Source: an uncultured virus (IMG/VR IMGVR_UViG_3300047375_000936) | Lineage: Duplodnaviria > Heunggongvirae > Uroviricota > Caudoviricetes | Reading direction: 5' to 3' (one strand) | Virus record (IMG/VR): IMGVR_UViG_3300047375_000936 | DNA length: 64,000 nucleotides | Shown: positions 57,617 to 64,000 of the stretch, piece after piece | Layout of the letters: the number at the start of each line of letters is the position of its first letter | Position numbering within the stretch: position 1 is the stretch's first letter | Position numbers and translations under genes: made by a program | The notes under the pieces: generated by a model | What the model was told of the DNA's origin: nothing | Seen by the model: the letters and a program-made list of their open reading frames with translations, nothing else | Databases searched by the model: none

Positions 57617-60600
57617 ATGGCAACAAGAATTAGACACAAGCGAAGTGCGGTCGCTGGTAATCAACCTAGTGTGGCACAATTAGACTCAGGCGAATTAGCC
57701 ATCAACACAGCAGACGGTAAGGTATACTTACTACGTGATGATAACACAGTCCAAGATATAACCAAAAGAATTTTTGAAAATAATACCGAAGTTAGAGTTG
57801 ATGACTTAGCTGACTCAGCAAGTGCTGAAATTAGTATGACAGTCAACGGTGACGAAAAGATGACAGTCACAAACGCCGGCTTCAATATGAAAGACGATAT
57901 TGATTTAGAAGATTTTGGTAAAATAACATTTCGCGAAAGTATTGCTTCGGGTGAAGACGGCATTGGTATACAAGCTCCGTTTAACCTTCCAAACAGTTAT
58001 GATTTAACCCTGCCTCTGGTTAATGGTACTGTTGGACAAATTTTAAAAACAGACGGCTTTGGTAATTTAGCATTTAGTGATCCAGATATCTTTGGCGGTA
58101 ACGTAATTTATGTTAGTGCTGAACAAGGTAACGATGCCAACGATGGACAAAGTGCTCCAGTTAAAACTATTAAACGTGCTTGTAAACTTGCTAGTGCTAT
58201 TGTTTATAATCCAGATGGAACAGTAACAGGTATTAGAGTAAACATCAAAGTTGCTGTTGGCGACTATACAGAAGATAACCCACTTATTATTCCAGACAAC
58301 GTTGTTGTTAAAGGCGACGGTTTGCGTGGGTGTATTGTACGTCCAGCTAATGCTAACTTGGATATGTTCCGTGTACGTAATGCTTGTTACTTTGGTGAAT
58401 TTACTTTCCGTGACGGCGTTGATGATAACCAAGTTCCTCTTATTACTTGGGATTATGCTACAGTGTTTGACGATCCTAATGCTACTGATGTAACAGATAG
58501 AACCGAATACACAAATTTACCTGATACTAAACCTACTATTGTTACTTCGCCATATACACAGAACTGTTCGATTATTTCGTTCTTGGGTGGTAGTGGTGCT
58601 AAGATTGACGGTGCATTAGTTGAATCTCCAAACGTTCCTCGTTATAATATCGAAGCTGAGAATCCGGTTATTGGTGCTACACCTGAACAAGGTAAATCAA
58701 TGGTTGCTAACGCATACACCATGCTTTCATTCGGTGGTACAGGCTGGCGACTACTCAACGATGCTTATGCACAGATCGTGTCTTGTTTCCAAATTTTCCT
58801 ACTCAACGGTGTTTATACACAGTCAGGTGGTTATTGTTCCATTACTAACTCCGCTACAAACTTTGGATTGTATGCGTTGAGATCTAGTGGTTATTCACCA
58901 AAAGCATTTGAATTTGATAGAGCACACGTTGTATCAACTGGTGCAAGTGATGGTAAACAAACACTTACTATTGTTGGCATTAATCGTGATTCTCCAGTTG
59001 AAGAATTTGTTTTACGTTATAGAGAACCAGGATATCGTTTTGCACACGATTTACTACAAAATAAAATTACACAAATTGCTACAGATACCGATACTTGGAT
59101 CCAAGGACAAATTGCAACAGCAAACTCAGGATCGTCAAGTATCTATGCTGGATTCACTTACAACGAAGAAAAGTGTCGTCGAGACACACGTTTATTAGTT
59201 GATGCTATTAGACACGATGCTGCATTAAATAGTAATGCAAGAACATTAACAGCAGCATTAACATATTTTAATGGTCGCTTTCCAGCCGATATATTTGCTG
59301 CACAAAAAGATCAGCACATTGATTCATTTGCTCAAGCAAAAACATTTACAGCTGGAATTGTACAAGACGCTACCTTTACAAACAGAACAAATGCACTTTG
59401 GGAAGAAGTTATTGAAATACTTGACAACGGTAGCTCAACAAGCGCACCAGGAGATGAGTTAGTAGATACACGAGTATTGCCAACAGCTATTAACACAGAC
59501 AGCGGAAATGCTGTGGCGCAACTTATTGCAAACAAATTATTTTTACAAAAAGAAATTACAGCTTGGATTTCAAGTCAAGTTAACTCTAACACTGCTCCTT
59601 TCTTTACAGGATTTAATTATAATCAAGCAGCATGTGAAAATGATGTAAGTAAAATTGTTGACGCATTAACATATGATCTTTCAACTGGAGGCAATTTGGA
59701 ATCTCTTGTTGCTGCACAACAATATTTTGTTGACGGTTCGAGTGTTTATGGAACTGGACAAAAATTAACTACACTTGCTGCATGGGAAAGACTAAAAACA
59801 CTTGTAGAACAACTTATCAAAGAAGAAGCAGTAAGTATATCCACAGGCAACACTGAAACTCAAGATACATCAGGTACTCCTGCAACAGATACTGAAGCAA
59901 ATTTTGCTAAAACACGTATTGGCGAAATTATACAACATATTGAAACTGATGCAGGCTTATTAGCTGATCCTATTGCACTTGACTTAACTGCATTAAGTGT
60001 AAGTCAAACTTTACAAGATGACTTTATTAGATTAGATGCAATTGGTGCTGCTAACATTGCACAACGTGTTACTAGATATATTAATCAAGAAATTGATACT
60101 TACAAATGGTACGGATTTACATACGATCGTGCAAAATGTATTAGAGATACAAAATTAATTGTAGAAGCTGTTGCTAAAGATACATGGGATACTGGTAACA
60201 GATATTCACGTAGTGCTGGTTTAAGTTATTTTAGAGCTAACATAGCTGACTCAACACGTAGTGTTTTTGCTGGCGAAGAATTACAAACAATTGCAGCTAT
60301 TCAACAAGCAGCTATATATGCAAATGCTGAAATTGCAAGCAAACCGCAAATTACTACTGCTATTGAAGATTTTGTACAAAGTAGATTTAACATTGTTAGC
60401 GAAGCAATTAGATCGCCTGAAGAAATTCCATCGCCAAATGAAGTAAGTAGTGAAGGTGATATTACAAATACATTTATTCCTACACCAACTACAACAAACT
60501 TTAATGCTGCTACTGCTGTAGCAGTAGGTACTAGTGTATTTACAATTACAGGACACGGATATGCAAACGGACAAAAACTTGTTTATGACAACAACGGAAA

Positions 60601-63600
60601 CATTTCTGTTGGCGGATTAGACGACGAGCAAACATACTATGCAGTTGTTCTCGACGAGGATACATTTACACTAACATTTGATGATAGTTTAGAATTTCCA
60701 GTATTACTCTTTGCCAATTCTGTAAACACCGGAACGCATATTTTTAGATCTGATATTATTGAATTCTTTGTTGAAGAAATTTTAAGTTCGCACCAGACAT
60801 ATCAAACATTAATACTTGAATCAGGCGCTGAAAGTTATGAATTTATAGCAGGTAGAGCTATACAAGGTACAACTGGATCAAATAACAATAGTGCATTTGT
60901 TGCAAGTTGGGAACCTGCTGAACGTAGACTAGTAGTAAGTATTGAAGAAGTAGTTGTTGGTTCTAGTGTGCTTAGAATCCAATTTGATGCTTCAAGTACA
61001 ATTACACAAGACCATGCTAGTTCTCCAAATAGTGCAATTACTATCAACGAAGTGCAAACTAAACTAGGACTTGGTACATCAACCTTTAGTATTACTGCTA
61101 CTGACGGTAGTAGTAGTATTACAAACACAGGTAGTTTGCCTGAGAAACAAATTTGGTTCCACAGACCGAGTATTGTTAACTCATCATCACACACTTGGGA
61201 ATTCTCAGGTTCAGGTACAGACTATAATGCTTTACCACAAAACGGCGGTAACACACGAGGCGAATTTGAACAGTATGAAGAATTACCAGGACGTGTTTAT
61301 TCGTCAGGTACAAACGAACTTGGTGACTTTAAAGTTGGTGACTTTATTACAGCGTTCAACAGAACAGGTAACATTACATTTAGAAACAAAGTGCAGGTGG
61401 ATGAACTTGACGCTTTGAAACTAAGTTTGAGTGATGTTGCTATTGAAGAAATTTCAACCGATGTTAACTTAGGTGACGATGAAATTGGCGGACCGAGTGA
61501 TGCACGTTTAACAACACAGTTAGCTATTAGATCGTTTATTAGTAACAGACTAGGTGGCTTTGTTGACAAAACTGTGTCAACTGCTGCTGTTCCGGGTGCT
61601 ATTGTACAGCTTAACGTTAATGGACAGTTAAACGGCGAACTTATTCCAGCTACACGTCAGTTTACAAATACAAACACAGATGGTTATAATTCAAGATTAC
61701 TACAAGCAGATGATATTCCAGCAAAGGATTTAAGTGCTGGTGACATTGCTACTGAAAATTACGAACAAATTGAACTTACACTAAGCGGTAACATTACTGC
61801 CCTCGACGGTGCTACAATTACACAGCCAGGAGTAGCAGGCGCTATTGGTTATGCAAAAGGAAACTTCCAAACAAGTGGTAACATTCTTGTTGCTACAATC
61901 GACGGAGCATGGGACGCAACAGACGATAGTTTAGGTGCTCCGTGGGACTTTACAAACAACTTAAACTTGTTTGTTGATGGAGTTGATAGTGGAGTACACC
62001 CAACTGCGACAGGTGCATCAACTGAGCTTATTGATAACTTCTTCTTAAAAAGTTCAAACACAAGTCAGTTCTTAATACTTGATCCAGCTGGTACTTTTAA
62101 CTTTACTATCAATACAATTACTAGTGTAGCAAGATCGAGTAACATACAAACTCATATTACTGGCACAGCACACGGACTAAACGTAGGAAACCAAGTACGT
62201 GTAGTATGTAATGAAGACGAAACGTTTAATGTTAACGGCGAAGTATTAAGTACTCCGACATCAACATCGTTTACTATTGCAAATACAGGTATTGATTTTA
62301 GTACAACATCACGAACAGGTGACGTGTTTAGCATTGTTACAAGTGCTGACGGTGGCGCTCAAGGTGCTGTTACTGAAGAAAGATTTGGTGTTTGCGTAAA
62401 TGTTGATAACGCTAACCTTACAGGCGGTACTGGATATACACCAACTAATGGTAACGTAATTTATAGAAATGTTTCATTTACAAATGTTACTGGATCTGGT
62501 TCTGGTGCAAAAGCAAACATTACAGTTACAGCAGGTCTTGTTAGCGATGTTGATATTTCAGCAGGTGGTACAGGATATGCATTTGGTGATAGACTAAGTG
62601 CTAATGCCGCAGATATCGGCGGTACAGGTAGTAACTTTGAAATCACAATCGGTGCTATTGAAAATAGAGCATATGTTAACATAATCGGCGGTGAGCTATT
62701 TGTTGCTTCGCAATCATCACAAGACTTTGTTGAAGATGTAGATGCTGTAAATACAGCGTTTGATATTGGTTTAGACAATGTTAGAAGTATTAACTTTTTA
62801 GCAGGTACTCTAGCAGGCGGCGGCAGTGTTAACTATACAGATAGTCGAATTACAGTAGCTGACCACGGATTTATAGACGGTGATCCAGTAACATACGATA
62901 CCAACGGTAACGTTCCAATTGGCGGATTGCTAAACGAAAGAGTCTACTATGCAAAACGTATCACTGATGATATTTTTGAAGTATACGAAGATTACTCATT
63001 ATTAAATCAAATGGAGTTTTTAACTACTCCACTTAACAACAACCACAACTTTAGTTTACATCAGATCAACATCACTGATGACAGTGTACTTGTACGCAAC
63101 CACGGACTAACAACTGGTGATGCTGTTAGATTTAACACACTAACAGATGGAAGTACTAGTAATGCACTTCCAAATATTGCTGGTGATTCAATGACAGACG
63201 GTTCACGCTTCTTTGTTGGTTCGATTACAACTAACTCGTTTACATTGCACACACTGCGTAGTGATGCATTAAGTAGTATTAATGGACTTGTAACAAACAG
63301 AACAATTATTGGTACAAAAGGCGCAGGTGCTGCTAGAGTAACACCAAGTAACGTACAAGTTACTGGTGTTGTAAACACATCTAGTAGAATTAAATCAAAC
63401 TGGAACACTCTTGCTGCTACAAACATTGATGCTGAAAACATTATTTCTGGTACAATTTCACCTTCTAGATTATCATTAGCAGGTGTTCCAAACAGTGATA
63501 GTTTCTTAAGAGGTGATAGTAGTTATCAAACTGTTGTTCAAAGTATTAAAAAAGCAGCAACAACTGATAACCCAATTACACTTACAGGTAGTAGTTCAAA

Positions 63601-64000
63601 TGCAGAATTTTATGGCGACCCAGTAAACATTGGTATTTCTAATGTTGACCTTGATCCGCTAGGTACATTCTCGAGTCTAGGTGTAAGTAAGTTTTTACAA
63701 ACACAGTTTGATGTAAATTCAAATGCTAGTGGCGAAGTGTTTATTAAGGACGGTGTAGTAGATGCTGGTACACTAGACGGACTAGATAGTGCGTACTTCT
63801 TAAACCCATCTAACTTAACAAGTGCTGTTCCAGTTAACAGAGGCGGCACAAACATTACAACTTATGCTGTAGGCGATTTAATTTATGCACAATCAGCAGC
63901 TAGTTTAAATCCACTTAATATTGGTAGAAGAAATACGTTCTTAAAATCAAACGGCGTTACACCTGAATGGGGTACAGCACTTGATCTTGCTGAGGGACTA
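57617..64000 (+). CDS. Second giant fibre-like virion protein (at least 2128 aa, runs off the right edge); paralog of 49372..57507
   Basis: Absent from the ORF track because no stop falls inside the window. AGGAGG SD. It begins MATRIRHKRSAVAGNQPSVAQLDSGELAINTADGKVYL (fibre N-terminal motif), followed by VIYVSAEQGNDANDG..KTIKRA, three CxRD-type repeats and the shared SHTWEFSGSGTDYNALP block. The frame was confirmed at several points and at the last codon. Confidence 0.85.
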   Translation, partial: MATRIRHKRSAVAGNQPSVAQLDSGELAINTADGKVYLLRDDNTVQDITKRIFENNTEVRVDDLADSASAEISMTVNGDEKMTVTNAGFNMKDDIDLEDFGKITFRESIASGEDGIGIQAPFNLPNSYDLTLPLVNGTVGQILKTDGFGNLAFSDPDIFGGNVIYVSAEQGNDANDGQSAPVKTIKRACKLASAIVYNPDGTVTGIRVNIKVAVGDYTEDNPLIIPDNVVVKGDGLRGCIVRPANANLDMFRVRNACYFGEFTFRDGVDDNQVPLITWDYATVFDDPNATDVTDRTEYTNLPDTKPTIVTSPYTQNCSIISFLGGSGAKIDGALVESPNVPRYNIEAENPVIGATPEQGKSMVANAYTMLSFGGTGWRLLNDAYAQIVSCFQIFLLNGVYTQSGGYCSITNSATNFGLYALRSSGYSPKAFEFDRAHVVSTGASDGKQTLTIVGINRDSPVEEFVLRYREPGYRFAHDLLQNKITQIATDTDTWIQGQIATANSGSSSIYAGFTYNEEKCRRDTRLLVDAIRHDAALNSNARTLTAALTYFNGRFPADIFAAQKDQHIDSFAQAKTFTAGIVQDATFTNRTNALWEEVIEILDNGSSTSAPGDELVDTRVLPTAINTDSGNAVAQLIANKLFLQKEITAWISSQVNSNTAPFFTGFNYNQAACENDVSKIVDALTYDLSTGGNLESLVAAQQYFVDGSSVYGTGQKLTTLAAWERLKTLVEQLIKEEAVSISTGNTETQDTSGTPATDTEANFAKTRIGEIIQHIETDAGLLADPIALDLTALSVSQTLQDDFIRLDAIGAANIAQRVTRYINQEIDTYKWYGFTYDRAKCIRDTKLIVEAVAKDTWDTGNRYSRSAGLSYFRANIADSTRSVFAGEELQTIAAIQQAAIYANAEIASKPQITTAIEDFVQSRFNIVSEAIRSPEEIPSPNEVSSEGDITNTFIPTPTTTNFNAATAVAVGTSVFTITGHGYANGQKLVYDNNGNISVGGLDDEQTYYAVVLDEDTFTLTFDDSLEFPVLLFANSVNTGTHIFRSDIIEFFVEEILSSHQTYQTLILESGAESYEFIAGRAIQGTTGSNNNSAFVASWEPAERRLVVSIEEVVVGSSVLRIQFDASSTITQDHASSPNSAITINEVQTKLGLGTSTFSITATDGSSSITNTGSLPEKQIWFHRPSIVNSSSHTWEFSGSGTDYNALPQNGGNTRGEFEQYEELPGRVYSSGTNELGDFKVGDFITAFNRTGNITFRNKVQVDELDALKLSLSDVAIEEISTDVNLGDDEIGGPSDARLTTQLAIRSFISNRLGGFVDKTVSTAAVPGAIVQLNVNGQLNGELIPATRQFTNTNTDGYNSRLLQADDIPAKDLSAGDIATENYEQIELTLSGNITALDGATITQPGVAGAIGYAKGNFQTSGNILVATIDGAWDATDDSLGAPWDFTNNLNLFVDGVDSGVHPTATGASTELIDNFFLKSSNTSQFLILDPAGTFNFTINTITSVARSSNIQTHITGTAHGLNVGNQVRVVCNEDETFNVNGEVLSTPTSTSFTIANTGIDFSTTSRTGDVFSIVTSADGGAQGAVTEERFGVCVNVDNANLTGGTGYTPTNGNVIYRNVSFTNVTGSGSGAKANITVTAGLVSDVDISAGGTGYAFGDRLSANAADIGGTGSNFEITIGAIENRAYVNIIGGELFVASQSSQDFVEDVDAVNTAFDIGLDNVRSINFLAGTLAGGGSVNYTDSRITVADHGFIDGDPVTYDTNGNVPIGGLLNERVYYAKRITDDIFEVYEDYSLLNQMEFLTTPLNNNHNFSLHQINITDDSVLVRNHGLTTGDAVRFNTLTDGSTSNALPNIAGDSMTDGSRFFVGSITTNSFTLHTLRSDALSSINGLVTNRTIIGTKGAGAARVTPSNVQVTGVVNTSSRIKSNWNTLAATNIDAENIISGTISPSRLSLAGVPNSDSFLRGDSSYQTVVQSIKKAATTDNPITLTGSSSNAEFYGDPVNIGISNVDLDPLGTFSSLGVSKFLQTQFDVNSNASGEVFIKDGVVDAGTLDGLDSAYFLNPSNLTSAVPVNRGGTNITTYAVGDLIYAQSAASLNPLNIGRRNTFLKSNGVTPEWGTALDLAEGL

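Noticed and set aside
57617..57740. Diversity-generating retroelement target (Mtd-like N-terminus)
   Set aside because: The motif is a generic fibre N-terminal domain. No reverse transcriptase or template/variable repeat pair lies in the window.

Overview
The window is a gene-dense, AT-rich segment of a large T4-related myovirus genome in the standard genetic code. It resembles the distant T4 relatives with giant baseplate proteins; the host cannot be determined from this window. Positions 1-30615 (minus strand) hold a baseplate and tail-fibre module: three paralogous fibre/wedge proteins, a 4581-aa wedge protein, gp6, gp25, an NlpC/P60-like hydrolase, gp5, a hub protein, gp53 and a tube-initiator-like protein. 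From 30690 the plus strand carries gp55 (late sigma), gp47 and gp46 behind perfect sigma70 promoters, then a short GIY-YIG nuclease followed by a ~470-nt non-coding region. Further on are a minus-strand gp26-like chaperone, tape measure, portal, prohead core, protease, scaffold, major capsid and two giant paralogous virion proteins, the last running off the window. TAAATA late-promoter motifs precede most structural genes. Three observations stand out. (1) A ~370-nt, multiply pseudoknotted candidate ncRNA starts at the GIY-YIG stop codon and is followed by an origin-like hairpin cluster. (2) Thirteen tandem Cys-x-Arg-Asp helical repeats in the two giant virion proteins resemble the bilin-binding helix of phycobiliproteins. 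(3) A canonical -1 slippery site would fuse the gp26-like ORF to an unannotated gp51-like ORF, in the style of lambda G/GT. All protein calls come from motif recognition and synteny; no database searches were run.
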